The notes: generated by a model not told the origin, from the sequence alone. A stretch of DNA of 64,000 bases from an uncultured Bacteroidales bacterium (GCA_900318245.1 ONJT01000004.1:6940-70939); one strand, 5' to 3'. Counted from the stretch's first letter, positions 46,637 to 56,769 are shown. Numbers and translations are program-made.

Positions 46637-47036
46637 TTATTCAGGTAAACTATGATGCCACACATTATTCTTATGCAGGCACAGAATGAGTTGGCGGGCA
46701 TCGGGGTTGCCGAGGTCCGCTGCGCGGAGCAACATGATATCCGCCTCGTCGCGGGAGACAGTGGTGCAGGACGCAGGGAAAGAGGCGGGGTCCTGCCACT
46801 TTAGGTACGCTGCTGCGCCGGTGATGAACAGTGCCCTGGGGTCCTCGTCCAAGTACGCGCGCTCCGCATAATATAAAAGAGAATCGGGGTCACAGAAAAC
46901 AGAACTGCTGACCTCGACCGGAGAAGAAGCGGCACGATAACCGCACACAAATACACCAATAAAAAATAAACCTAAGAATGCAAGCGAGACGTGCTTTGCG
47001 ACATTTCCCTTACTGGGGGGGGGTAAAATTGAACAT
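46637..47036 (-). pseudogene. lipoprotein gene (Sel1/TPR-like C-terminus) interrupted by a C9 tract; phase-OFF candidate
   Basis: The ATG at 47036 reads MFNFTPPQ* with C9 (47015-47023). With C8 it continues as MFNFTPPSKGNVAKHVSLAFLGLFFIGVFVCGYRAASS... into the 46637..46948 ORF. TACCTTTG -7 box at 47077-47084. Confidence 0.55.
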
Positions 47037-47171
47037 TTGATTTTGTGTTGTCATAGTGTCAAAACCTTTGCGGCTGCAAAGGTACAATAAAAAAATGACA
47101 TACACAAGGAAAAAGAAAAAAAATCGGCATGCAATGCCGCATCAATAGACGAAACTCCCCTAAACAGCCAT

Positions 47172-47309
47172 CACCGAAAGTAAATACCCACCGGAGGTAT
47201 ACACCCACCGGAGGTAAGCACAAAGGGACGCCCGCCTGCCTGCCCACCGAAGGTACGAACAACAGAAAAACAAACTAACCACCGGAGGTAAACACAACGA
47301 CCGAAGGTA
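47172..47309. repeat. six direct copies of CCACCGRAGGTA
   Basis: 11-mers start at 47172, 47189, 47206 (17-nt tandem period), 47245, 47280 and 47299. Confidence 0.9.
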
Positions 47310-47382
47310 ACAGCAAAAAAGAAGAAAAAAAGCAAGCGCGCTTGCGTATATCAGAAAAATATTGTATCTTTGCAGCCGGATT

Positions 47383-48186
47383 ATGAAAAAAGGCAAGATA
47401 CATACGTGGTGGGAAGCGATGCGGGAGCGGATGAAGGCGTGGCGGGAGCGGCAGACGCAGGAATACGGCGAGGTAGAGGCGACAAGCAAGCGCATCACCA
47501 TCGAGAGCGTGACATCGAACTTCCTCGACGTATGGGGATTCGGTAATAAGAATATCTTCATCACTCTCAAGCACCTGTTCTGGCGTCCGGGATTCATGAT
47601 GCGTGACTATCTCGAGGGCCGTCGCGGACGAATCATGCAGCCGGTGATGATGCTCGTAGTGCTGACGCTTGTGCTGATGTTCATGGTAAAAGTGATGCCG
47701 GTGGAGGTCGTTCCGCGGCAAGATGTGGGTTCTCAGTTCGATGAGCTGCGCATCAAACTGATGAACACCGAAGAGGCAGACAGCGAGGATAAAGCGAGGG
47801 CACTACGGTTCGTAGATGGAGCGGAGAAATTCGCCGTCATACTCGAGAAAGTACGCCAGTGGGAAGACGAGCACCCGGATTTCGGGTTGCTGCTGCAGTT
47901 CTCCTGGACGATCTTGCTGCTATGGTTGCTGTTCCGCAAGACGGAGGACAAAACCTATAACTTCGCGGAGATCATGACGGTGGTATGCTACGCGCTATGC
48001 CAGCTGCAAGCGATCTCGATCGTATGGCTGCTATGCACGGCATGGTGGCATCCGCAGATCAGTTTCCATCCGTTTATATTCTCCTATTGGATTGCACATA
48101 TCGTGTTCTTCATCGACTTTCAACAGCTGTTCCAACGCCGCTGGTGGTCGACCTTATGGCGCACGGTGATTGCATTAGCGTTCTAA
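47383..48186 (+). CDS. DUF3667-like membrane protein (no zinc ribbon)
   Basis: RITIESVTSNFLDVW...TLKHLFWRPGFMMRDYLEGRRGRIMQP matches the DUF3667 core as I recall it. Four TM segments. TATCTTTG box at 47365-47372. Confidence 0.5.
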   Translation: MKKGKIHTWWEAMRERMKAWRERQTQEYGEVEATSKRITIESVTSNFLDVWGFGNKNIFITLKHLFWRPGFMMRDYLEGRRGRIMQPVMMLVVLTLVLMFMVKVMPVEVVPRQDVGSQFDELRIKLMNTEEADSEDKARALRFVDGAEKFAVILEKVRQWEDEHPDFGLLLQFSWTILLLWLLFRKTEDKTYNFAEIMTVVCYALCQLQAISIVWLLCTAWWHPQISFHPFIFSYWIAHIVFFIDFQQLFQRRWWSTLWRTVIALAF

Positions 48187-48187
48187 G

Positions 48188-49483
48188 ATGAGAAAGGTCC
48201 TGCTTTTGATATTCCTCGGCGCAGCCTTCGCCGGTTGGGCGATGCCGCATTATGAGTTAGCGTACAAGCTTACCGGCAACGGCTCGATGATGATGCCCGA
48301 CGGGAAGGTCGATCAGTTCGTGCAGCGGCCTGTCTTAGGCGGTTCGTTTGCCGTGGAATTCCTGCCCACCGGCCGCTGGCATTGCTTGCAGCAATGGAAC
48401 AACGCGTCGATAGGCGTCGGGGCGACGTACCTGAACCTCGGCAATGAGGCGTTCTTAGGTTCGGCTATCGCGGCTTACGGCTATATGAATCAGCCTTTCT
48501 ATAACGGCGAGCACTTCCGTATCGGCATCCGTCCGACCATCGGATTGGCCGCTGTGACGAAGACCTACCGCAATACCCTACCCGCCGAATATGCGCCATA
48601 CAGCATCGCGCAGAAAGACGGTAAGTTGGTGGCCAACTGGTCTATCGGTTCGATCCTCAATGCGTACCTGGCGGTGGACCTGTACATGGATTTCCCGATC
48701 AAAGACGGTTGGGAGATCACGCTCGCCGGCGGATGGCATCATATCAGCAACGGCTCCATCATGCACCCGAATGCGGGCTATAACATGTTCGGCGGAGAGT
48801 TGGGATTGCGATATCATCCCGTAAAGAGTGAAAGATATGAGAAGCCGAAGCCCGATGTGCCGCGGAAATTATACGACGGCGTAGAGAAGAAATGGGCGGT
48901 GGAGATCAGCGCGACGGGCGGCATGAAGCAGAACTACTACAAGGATAATATCAACGGCATGCGGTTCTACGGCATCGCTACGCTCAAAGCCGCGGCGTAC
49001 TGGGTGCCGGTAAGTATCTTCCGCCTCGGCGCCGGTGTGGACGCGTTCTACGACGGCTACTACAGCGCGGTGAACGACGACTATGCGGCTGAGAACCCGG
49101 GTGCGCCGGTGACTTATTTCGACAAGACCTACCTCCGGACAAGCGATATAAAGAACTGTTTCCGCGTCGGCATCAGTATTCAGCCGGAGTTTATCATCGG
49201 TCATCTCACCGCCGGTATACACGTCGGATTCTATGTCTTCGACCCGATCAAGAACCTGGAGAACAAAGAGGAGATACTTACCAAACACGGCGGAGAACCG
49301 TATAACTTAGGGATATTTTATCCCTACGACTTCTCGCAAGCCAGCAATAAGAAAGACGGATGGTGCTACATGCAGTTCGTGCTGAAGTACCACGTGCTGG
49401 ACAATCTGTTTGTTCAGTTGGGACTGAAGACCCACGGCGTACGCGCCGAGTTCATTGATGCCGGAATAGGCGTGGCCTTCTAG
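48188..49483 (+). CDS. acyloxyacyl hydrolase / PagL-like outer-membrane protein
   Basis: Signal peptide, beta-barrel-like sequence, and GWHHISNGSIMHPNAGYN (the H-x-S-N motif of lipid A deacylase-type enzymes). Confidence 0.5.
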   Translation: MRKVLLLIFLGAAFAGWAMPHYELAYKLTGNGSMMMPDGKVDQFVQRPVLGGSFAVEFLPTGRWHCLQQWNNASIGVGATYLNLGNEAFLGSAIAAYGYMNQPFYNGEHFRIGIRPTIGLAAVTKTYRNTLPAEYAPYSIAQKDGKLVANWSIGSILNAYLAVDLYMDFPIKDGWEITLAGGWHHISNGSIMHPNAGYNMFGGELGLRYHPVKSERYEKPKPDVPRKLYDGVEKKWAVEISATGGMKQNYYKDNINGMRFYGIATLKAAAYWVPVSIFRLGAGVDAFYDGYYSAVNDDYAAENPGAPVTYFDKTYLRTSDIKNCFRVGISIQPEFIIGHLTAGIHVGFYVFDPIKNLENKEEILTKHGGEPYNLGIFYPYDFSQASNKKDGWCYMQFVLKYHVLDNLFVQLGLKTHGVRAEFIDAGIGVAF

Positions 49484-49506
49484 TGGTCAGCGTCAGTATT
49501 CAGCAT

Positions 49507-50733
49507 TCAGTTTTTAAGAAGTTGATCTTCGATCAGATAGACTTGCTCGATGGGTACCCCGTGATCCACGAGTGCTTTTCTGTCGGGCCGGAAGAGGTTA
49601 AAGAACTCCTTGGAGGACTTGCACAACTGGCGCGCCTGGCGGTAGTTCTCAACCGCCATGACGCGGTCGCCCTGCAGCAACATACAATGACCGTAGTTGA
49701 TGTAGTCCTTCGGCGAGTTAGCGCCTTTGCGTAAGTGCTCCAGGAGCCAGCGCGACGCCAGTTCGATATTATCCCACATCATATCCATCCGACCAACCGT
49801 CAGATAGGTCAACGCCATCCGGTTTTGGCGCTCATAACTCTCCCCTACGATGACGCTGAAGACCCATGTATCAGGCAGAATATCGATGATGCTGCGCATG
49901 TATTCCTTCTCGGAATTGGTGATGATGGACTGGATGCCGCTCATACTGCTGTCTTCGCCTGTTTGCTCCAAGAGCGTATGCAATTCCTGCGGCATGTCGT
50001 CTGCTCGTAACTCCTTGACAGTCAGGTTCTTAAGCCACTCATCATTGGTAGCAAGCACCAACGAGCATAGGGTCTGAAATGCCTGCTCGCCGTCGTCATT
50101 CATCTCCGCGATGGCGTTGGCGAAGGCGTTTTGGAGGTCCGGGAAGAAGTCTATTCGTACATCGTAATGCGCCAGCAACAGGATGACATTCGACAGACAC
50201 TGCTCGGCAATAACGTCAGAGCCGTTGTTGATGCCGTCAATGAGGGTAAGGATGGAGTCTTTCGAGAAGCATTGCCTTAATCCTTGCGAGATAGCCGAGA
50301 CGGCCATGAGTGCCGTAGCGCCGCGACTCGGGTCACGGATGATATTCGACAACCAGTCCAGGTCGTTCTCATTCGGATGCACCTGATTGGAGAAATAATG
50401 CATGACGGACTGCAGGTTGTCCGCATTGAAGCCATGCATGATGGGCGAGAGACCGCGCTTGAGGCGGATAGCGGCATAGACCACATCCGCCAGCACATAC
50501 GTATTTCCGGTGAGGCGGTCGAGTTCCTTATCGATACCTTCGTCATCGGCACTGACCCATCGGTCAAAGAGTTCCTGATATTCCTGCTGCGTATCGAGAA
50601 AGAACTTCTCGAATTGATTGGCCTCCCCTAACTCGTTCATCCACACGCGCAGGATAGCCAGCGCATGCGTGATCATGCGTTCTCCGAGCGAGCGCTCAAC
50701 GGTTGCTATTTGTTCTTCCAACGATTGCGCCAT
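49507..50733 (-). CDS. hypothetical protein with C-terminal TPR-like repeats
   Basis: 408 aa helical protein. No specific family recognised. Confidence 0.5.
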   Translation of the reverse strand: MAQSLEEQIATVERSLGERMITHALAILRVWMNELGEANQFEKFFLDTQQEYQELFDRWVSADDEGIDKELDRLTGNTYVLADVVYAAIRLKRGLSPIMHGFNADNLQSVMHYFSNQVHPNENDLDWLSNIIRDPSRGATALMAVSAISQGLRQCFSKDSILTLIDGINNGSDVIAEQCLSNVILLLAHYDVRIDFFPDLQNAFANAIAEMNDDGEQAFQTLCSLVLATNDEWLKNLTVKELRADDMPQELHTLLEQTGEDSSMSGIQSIITNSEKEYMRSIIDILPDTWVFSVIVGESYERQNRMALTYLTVGRMDMMWDNIELASRWLLEHLRKGANSPKDYINYGHCMLLQGDRVMAVENYRQARQLCKSSKEFFNLFRPDRKALVDHGVPIEQVYLIEDQLLKN

Positions 50734-51704
50734 CAGATCTCCTCTTTAATCAGATAGTCGTTGCGGGACGGGCTATTACGGATGATGAGTTCCGCCAGGA
50801 AACCGGCGAGGAACAGCATACAACCGAGGATCATCATCAGAATAGCGATGTGGAAATACGGGTTGACACCCACCAACATCGCCGGCACATGGTTCGACAG
50901 CGCATAGAGTTTCATGCCGCCTACGACGATCACAGCGATGAAGCCGATGAAGAACATCAGGCTACCGACGAGACCGAAGAAGTGCATCGGTTGTTTGCCG
51001 AACTTATTGAGGAACCATAGGGTCATGAGGTCCAAGTAACCGTTTACGAAACGGTTGAGACCGAATTTCGAAGTGCCGAACTCGCGTTTGCGGTGCTGTA
51101 CCACTTTCTCGCCGATCTTGGTAAACCCGGCATTCTTCGCCAGGTACGGGATATAGCGGTGCATCTCCGAGAAGACCTCGATATTCTTCACTACCTCCTT
51201 GCGATAAGCTTTCAGTCCGCAGTTCATGTCATGGAGCTTGATCCCCGTGACGCGGCGGGCGGTGGCGTTGAACAGTTTGGACGGCAGGTTCTTGGTGAGC
51301 TTGTTATCATAGCGTTTCTGCTTCCATCCGCTGACGAGGTCGAAACCGTCCTCGGTGATCATACGATAGAGTTCGGGTATCTCGTCCGGCGAGTCCTGCA
51401 GGTCAGCGTCCATCGTGATGACTACATCGCCCTGGGCAGCCTTGAAACCGCAGTACAGCGCCGCGGACTTACCATAGTTACGACGGAAACAGATACCTCT
51501 AACCGGAGAGGCTCCGGAGCCGGACTTTTCGTTTGCGTCCTTCAAATCCTGAATTACCTTCCATGAATCGTCCGTGCTGCCGTCATTGACGAAGATCACT
51601 TCGTACGAAAACTTATTCTCCTTCATCACGCGTGCTATCCACTCGTAGAGTTTCGGCAGCGACTCCGCCTCGTTGAAAAGAGGCACTATAATCGATATAT
51701 CCAT
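50733..51704 (-). CDS. family 2 glycosyltransferase (polyprenyl-phosphate sugar transferase type, C-terminal TMs)
   Basis: SIIVPLFNEAESL, FVNDGSTDDS, VITMDADLQD. Start trimmed to MDISIIVP (ATG at 51704) behind TACTTTTG. Confidence 0.85.
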   Translation of the reverse strand: MDISIIVPLFNEAESLPKLYEWIARVMKENKFSYEVIFVNDGSTDDSWKVIQDLKDANEKSGSGASPVRGICFRRNYGKSAALYCGFKAAQGDVVITMDADLQDSPDEIPELYRMITEDGFDLVSGWKQKRYDNKLTKNLPSKLFNATARRVTGIKLHDMNCGLKAYRKEVVKNIEVFSEMHRYIPYLAKNAGFTKIGEKVVQHRKREFGTSKFGLNRFVNGYLDLMTLWFLNKFGKQPMHFFGLVGSLMFFIGFIAVIVVGGMKLYALSNHVPAMLVGVNPYFHIAILMMILGCMLFLAGFLAELIIRNSPSRNDYLIKEEI

Positions 51705-51848
51705 AAGCCTATTAAGACAATTTGGGTGCAAAAGTAGTATTTTTTTTTGATATACGCAAATAAATCCGAAAAAAACAAGGAAAAATGCGCGCGCGCTTGC
51801 ATATGTGAAAAATTTTCCGTACTTTTGTGGCCGATTTATTGCGTAAAA

Positions 51849-53078
51849 ATGGCAAATACCCTTTTCGGACATAAGACACGTGCGCTCTTCCGCGGTCAAC
51901 GAGCGACCTTGGATGCGGAGCACCGGCCTATCTTAGAGGCCAACCGCGGCGCAGTATGGATTCATGCAGCGTCGGTGGGTGAGTTTGAGCAAGCGCGCCC
52001 GCTCATAGAGCGTCTGCGCCGCGAGCACCCCGACCGTAAGATCGTTGTGACCTTCTTTAGCCCTTCGGGCTATGAGGCGCGTAAGAACTACCCGCATGCG
52101 GATGCGGTGCTCTATCTGCCTTTCGCTACGCGGCGTAAGGCCAAGCGCTTCTTAGAGGGCTTTCAGCCCTCGATGGCGATCTTCGTGAAGTATGAGTTCT
52201 GGCCGGCGTACCTCAAGGAGTTGAAGAAACGCGGTATTCCGACCTATAGTATCTCGGCGATCTTCCGCCCCACCCAACGGTTCTTCCATTGGTACGGCTC
52301 GGGCGCACTGAAACTGCTGCACTGCTTCACGCATATCTTCGTGCAAGACGAGGCTTCGCGCCGGTTGTTGGCGGAGCACGGTGTGCATGAGTGTTCGGTG
52401 GCGGGTGATACCCGTTTTGATCGCGTGAACGAAGTGCTGGCGGCTACGCGCGAGCGCCAGGACGCGCGCCTGTTGCCTATCGCCCAGTTCGTAGAAGAAG
52501 CACCGCAGGTGGTGGTAGCCGGTAGTACATGGCCGGAAGATGAAGTACTCTTAGAAGAGTACATTGAAGATTGTAGATTGAAGAATGAAGAATGTGGTGT
52601 GAAGCTTATTCTGGTGCCGCATGAGATCAATGAGGAGCACCTGCACGATATCTTCCAGCGTTTCAAGGGCCGTTTTGTCAAGTTCAGCGACATCAGCGCC
52701 ATGCCGTCGAATCTCAGCCGCGTGAACATCTTACGCCGCGCAGACGTGCTGGTGATCGACACCATCGGCTTGCTGTCGACGATCTATCAGTTCGGTCAGG
52801 TGGCCTATATCGGTGGCGGTTTTGGCGAAGGTATCCATAACACGATTGAGGCAGCCGTATATGGTGTGCCGGTGGTGTTCGGGCCTAACTACAAGCATTT
52901 TCGCGAGGCGCAAGGACTGATCGACGCCGGCGCGGGGCGCAGCATCAAAAACTATAAGGAATTAGAGGCGGCGTTGGCGACCGCCCTTGAGCAACATCAG
53001 ACAATAGGCGCTAAGGCCGCGGAGTATGTACAGTCCGAGTTAGGCGCAACAGAGAAAATTTATAAAGCATTATTCTAA
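51849..53078 (+). CDS. waaA: 3-deoxy-D-manno-octulosonic acid (Kdo) transferase
   Basis: [48 protein letters not shown]. Start trimmed to MANTLF behind TACTTTTG. Confidence 0.88.
   Translation: MANTLFGHKTRALFRGQRATLDAEHRPILEANRGAVWIHAASVGEFEQARPLIERLRREHPDRKIVVTFFSPSGYEARKNYPHADAVLYLPFATRRKAKRFLEGFQPSMAIFVKYEFWPAYLKELKKRGIPTYSISAIFRPTQRFFHWYGSGALKLLHCFTHIFVQDEASRRLLAEHGVHECSVAGDTRFDRVNEVLAATRERQDARLLPIAQFVEEAPQVVVAGSTWPEDEVLLEEYIEDCRLKNEECGVKLILVPHEINEEHLHDIFQRFKGRFVKFSDISAMPSNLSRVNILRRADVLVIDTIGLLSTIYQFGQVAYIGGGFGEGIHNTIEAAVYGVPVVFGPNYKHFREAQGLIDAGAGRSIKNYKELEAALATALEQHQTIGAKAAEYVQSELGATEKIYKALF
52563..52604. repeat. six in-frame heptamers ATTGAAG ATTGTAG ATTGAAG AATGAAG AATGTGG TGTGAAG inside waaA
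   Basis: Exact 7-nt period over 42 nt, starting on a codon boundary. Encodes [14 protein letters not shown]. Confidence 0.85.
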
Positions 53079-54385
53079 TGGCACAAAAACCAAGTATACC
53101 TAAGGGCACGCGGGATTTCGGACAAGTGGAGATGGCCCGCCGTAATTATATCTTTGACACCATAAAGGGTGTGTTTCAGTTGTACGGTTTTCAGCAGATA
53201 GAGACGCCCGCGATGGAGAACCTCTCGACGCTGATGGGGAAGTACGGTGAGGAAGGCGACAAACTGCTCTTCCGCATTCAGAACAGCGGAGAGAAAGCTG
53301 CTCTGGCGCCGGAGAAAGGACTAAGGTATGATCTGACGGTTCCCTTTGCGCGCTATGTGGTGCAGCATCGCGAGGAGATTGTTTTCCCCTTCAAGCGCTT
53401 TCAGATTCAACCTGTATGGCGTGCAGACCGTCCGCAGAAAGGCCGCTACCGCGAGTTCTACCAATGCGATGTCGATGTGATCGGCAGCGACAGTCTGGTG
53501 GGCGAACTGGAGTTGATACAGATTGTAGAAGAGGTGTACCGCCGCTTAGGTATCCGCGTCTGCCTGCATATCAACAACCGCAAGGTACTCGCCGGCATCG
53601 CCGAAGTCATCGGTGCTCCGGACAAGATGATTGACATCACCGTAGCGATCGACAAACTCGACAAGATCGGCGTAGAAGCCGTGAATGCAGAACTGATTGA
53701 ACGCGGACTGGATGCTGCGCAAGTAGAGAAATTGCAACCGATCTTGAACCTCAGCGGCAGTACGGCCGACAAACTCAATGCGCTGAAATCGATTCTCGCC
53801 AGCAGCGAGGTAGGACTGAAGGGTGTCGAGGAGTTAGAGACGCTGTTCGGACTGATTGAGGCAACTGAGGTGAAGCTGAATATCGAACTCGACCTCTGCC
53901 TGGCGCGCGGACTGAATTACTACACCGGCGCGATCTTCGAGGTCAAGGCGCTCGACGCGCAGATAGGTTCTATCACCGGCGGCGGACGCTATGATAACTT
54001 GACGGGTATCTTCGGTCTTCCGAACGTCTCAGGTGTCGGCATTTCCTTCGGTGCCGATCGTATCTACGATGTGCTGACGGAGTTGGATTTATTCCCGAAG
54101 GAGTTGCAATCCGCCACGCAAGTGCTATTCGCAACGTTCGGCGACACAGAATTGCGCTATGCGCTGCGGTGGGCAAAAGCACTGCGCGCAGCCGGAAAGA
54201 CCGTCGAAGTGTTCCCCGAACCGACGAAGATGAAGAAGCAAATGAGCTACGCAGACGATAAGAAGATTCCGTTTGTGGCAATAGTGGGCGGCAATGAGAT
54301 GGAGACCAACACCGTGATGCTCAAGAACATGGCGACGGGCGAACAGAAACAAGTAACATTGGACGAACTATGCACGATACTGTAA
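53078..54385 (+). CDS. hisS: histidyl-tRNA synthetase
   Basis: PKGTRDF, class II motifs (FRIQN..., [21 protein letters not shown]), anticodon-binding C-terminus. Confidence 0.95.
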   Translation: MAQKPSIPKGTRDFGQVEMARRNYIFDTIKGVFQLYGFQQIETPAMENLSTLMGKYGEEGDKLLFRIQNSGEKAALAPEKGLRYDLTVPFARYVVQHREEIVFPFKRFQIQPVWRADRPQKGRYREFYQCDVDVIGSDSLVGELELIQIVEEVYRRLGIRVCLHINNRKVLAGIAEVIGAPDKMIDITVAIDKLDKIGVEAVNAELIERGLDAAQVEKLQPILNLSGSTADKLNALKSILASSEVGLKGVEELETLFGLIEATEVKLNIELDLCLARGLNYYTGAIFEVKALDAQIGSITGGGRYDNLTGIFGLPNVSGVGISFGADRIYDVLTELDLFPKELQSATQVLFATFGDTELRYALRWAKALRAAGKTVEVFPEPTKMKKQMSYADDKKIPFVAIVGGNEMETNTVMLKNMATGEQKQVTLDELCTIL

Positions 54386-54906
54386 AGGAATTTGACCAAG
54401 TGACGGCGAAATGCCGCCAGATATTCATTGATAAGATGAAGGACTATGGTCCTTCGTGGCGCATCTTCCGTCTACATGGCATTACAGACCAATTGTATAT
54501 CAAGGCTTGTAATATTCGTCAGCGCCAAGAGACGGGTATTAGTTTGGTAGGAGATGACATAGAGGGGAATCTACGCGCAATCGTAAACTACGGCATCATG
54601 GCGATCATCCAAGAGCGGAAGGGGTATGCTGACGCCACGGATATGAGCAGTGAAGAAGCCACGAAGTTATATGACCAAGTTTTGCATGAAGCAAAGGAAT
54701 TGATGGTGCGCAAGAATCACGATTACGGAGAAGCATGGCGCGAAATGAGTAAAGAAGGTATTGTTGATATGATTCTCGCGAAAATCATCCGCATCAAGAA
54801 TATCCTTGCCAACAACGGCAAGACCATCGCGTCGGAAGGCACCGAAGGCAATTACTTCGATATTATCAACTACGCTATATTTGACTTGATTCACTATACG
54901 ATATGA
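54370..54906 (+). CDS. DUF1599-like protein (internal duplication)
   Basis: Two repeats, each with K-x-x-DYG-x-(S/A)W ([18 protein letters not shown]). 178 aa. Confidence 0.5.
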   Translation: MHDTVKEFDQVTAKCRQIFIDKMKDYGPSWRIFRLHGITDQLYIKACNIRQRQETGISLVGDDIEGNLRAIVNYGIMAIIQERKGYADATDMSSEEATKLYDQVLHEAKELMVRKNHDYGEAWREMSKEGIVDMILAKIIRIKNILANNGKTIASEGTEGNYFDIINYAIFDLIHYTI

Positions 54907-56012
54907 AAAAGAACCTCGCAGCACATATTATCGGTTCGGTAGCCCGCACACTATTAGCCCTCACCTTCCTGTTCTCGGGATTTGTGAAGGCCGTTGATCC
55001 GTTAGGAACTGTTTACAAGATAGAAGACTATCTGAAGGCCTTCGGCGGTTTTGCTACCGACCTGCTTCCTTTAGCCGGAACTGCAGCAGTGTGTCTTATT
55101 GCTGTTGAATGGATATTGGGCATATGCATGTTAGCAAATATTCGCACGCGTTGGACGAGTTGGTTAGCTCTTGCTTTCTACCTTGTCATGACACCCCTTA
55201 CGCTTTGGATTGCGTTAACCAATCCTATCAGCGACTGCGGTTGTTTTGGTGATGCATTGGTACTGACGAATTGGCAGACTTTCTGGAAGAATATAGTGCT
55301 GCTTAGTCTTGTCGTCATCCTATTGGCATGCCGCAAAGCTATTCCGCAGACCTTTACGTGGCCGGCAGAAATAATCATTGCGCTTTTAGGCCTTGGTGCC
55401 GTAGCCGGCATCATGGGCTACAGTTACAACCACCTGCCGCCGATGGATTTCCGGCCATATAAAATAGGTAATAACATTCCCGAATTGATGGAGATTCCAG
55501 AGGACGCGGAGCCGGATGTGTATGAGACAACCCTGATATACGAGAAAGACGGTGTACAGCAGAAATTCACGCTGGCGGACTACCCGAAGGGTGACCCGGA
55601 GTGGACGTTTGTGGACCAGCAGTCCGTACTCGTCAAGAAAGGCTACGAGGCACCGATACATGATTTCGAGATCCTGACGATGGACTTCGACGATATCACC
55701 TACGACGTACTGGAATCCGAAGAACCCGTGACGCTTGTCATCATATACGAGATCAAGAAGATGAACCGCTCGCAGTTAGACAAGTTGCGCGAGATCATCG
55801 ACGAGCGCGAGAACCTCTACGTGCTCACCGGCTCGGGCGAAGACGAAGTGATGGAGTTGGCGGATGACCTCGACTTGGACGAAGAGACCGCTTGGGCGAC
55901 GTTCTGCTATACCGATCCTGTGACGCTGAAGACGATCGTGCGGGCCAATCCGGGACTGATCATCGTGCAGAACGGAACAATTATCGAGAAAAAGAATTTT
56001 AAACAACTATAA
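54903..56012 (+). CDS. DoxX/MauE-like membrane protein with a C-terminal thioredoxin-like-sized domain
   Basis: [21 protein letters not shown]..., four TM segments with the DCGCFG motif. Confidence 0.6.
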   Translation: MKKNLAAHIIGSVARTLLALTFLFSGFVKAVDPLGTVYKIEDYLKAFGGFATDLLPLAGTAAVCLIAVEWILGICMLANIRTRWTSWLALAFYLVMTPLTLWIALTNPISDCGCFGDALVLTNWQTFWKNIVLLSLVVILLACRKAIPQTFTWPAEIIIALLGLGAVAGIMGYSYNHLPPMDFRPYKIGNNIPELMEIPEDAEPDVYETTLIYEKDGVQQKFTLADYPKGDPEWTFVDQQSVLVKKGYEAPIHDFEILTMDFDDITYDVLESEEPVTLVIIYEIKKMNRSQLDKLREIIDERENLYVLTGSGEDEVMELADDLDLDEETAWATFCYTDPVTLKTIVRANPGLIIVQNGTIIEKKNFKQL

Positions 56013-56016
56013 AACA

Positions 56017-56769
56017 ATGGCAAGAATTAAAATGGTAGCAGGTAACTGGAAGATGAACAAGAACCTGCAAGAAGGCGTAGCATTGGCTACCGAGTTAAAA
56101 GAAGCAGTAAAGAACCCCGCATGTGCTGTAGTGATCGGCACGCCGTTTATCCACTTGGCAACCGTTGCTGAGTTGCTGAAGGGTAGTCCTATTAAAGTGG
56201 CTGCAGAGAACTGCGCAGACCACGAGAAGGGCGCATACACCGGTGAGGTAAGCGCAGAAATGGTGAAATCCACGGGTGCAGAGTACGTGATTCTGGGTCA
56301 CTCGGAGCGCCGTCAGTACTACGCTGAGAGTTATGAGATGCTGGCTGAGAAAGTGCGCCTGGCGCTGGCTAACGGTCTGAAGGTCATCTTCTGCATCGGT
56401 GAGGTAAAAGAGGAGCGCGAAGCAGGCAAGCAGAACGAGGTTGTGAAAGCCCAACTCGAGGGTTCGGTCTTCGGTCTGAGTGCAGAGGAGTGGAAGAACA
56501 TCACGTTGGCTTACGAGCCGGTATGGGCAATCGGTACAGGTCTGACGGCTACGCCGGCACAGGCACAGGAGATCCACGCCTTCATCCGCAGCCTCGTAGC
56601 AGAGAAATTCGGCAAGCAGGCGGCTGAGGACACCACGATCCTCTACGGCGGTAGCTGCAATGAGAAGAACGCTGCTGAGTTGTTTGCATGCCCGGATATC
56701 GACGGTGGTCTGATCGGCGGTGCAGCCCTCGTAGCAGAGAAATTCCTCGCGATTATTGCCGCTAGATAA
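56017..56769 (+). CDS. tpiA: triosephosphate isomerase
   Basis: [31 protein letters not shown]. Confidence 0.95.
   Translation: MARIKMVAGNWKMNKNLQEGVALATELKEAVKNPACAVVIGTPFIHLATVAELLKGSPIKVAAENCADHEKGAYTGEVSAEMVKSTGAEYVILGHSERRQYYAESYEMLAEKVRLALANGLKVIFCIGEVKEEREAGKQNEVVKAQLEGSVFGLSAEEWKNITLAYEPVWAIGTGLTATPAQAQEIHAFIRSLVAEKFGKQAAEDTTILYGGSCNEKNAAELFACPDIDGGLIGGAALVAEKFLAIIAAR

Noticed and set aside
47160-47721. ORFs 47160..47597 and 47275..47721 on the minus strand
   Set aside because: They read through the CCACCGRAGGTA repeat block and the promoter and 5' end of the plus-strand DUF3667 gene. They have repeat-derived low-complexity sequence.
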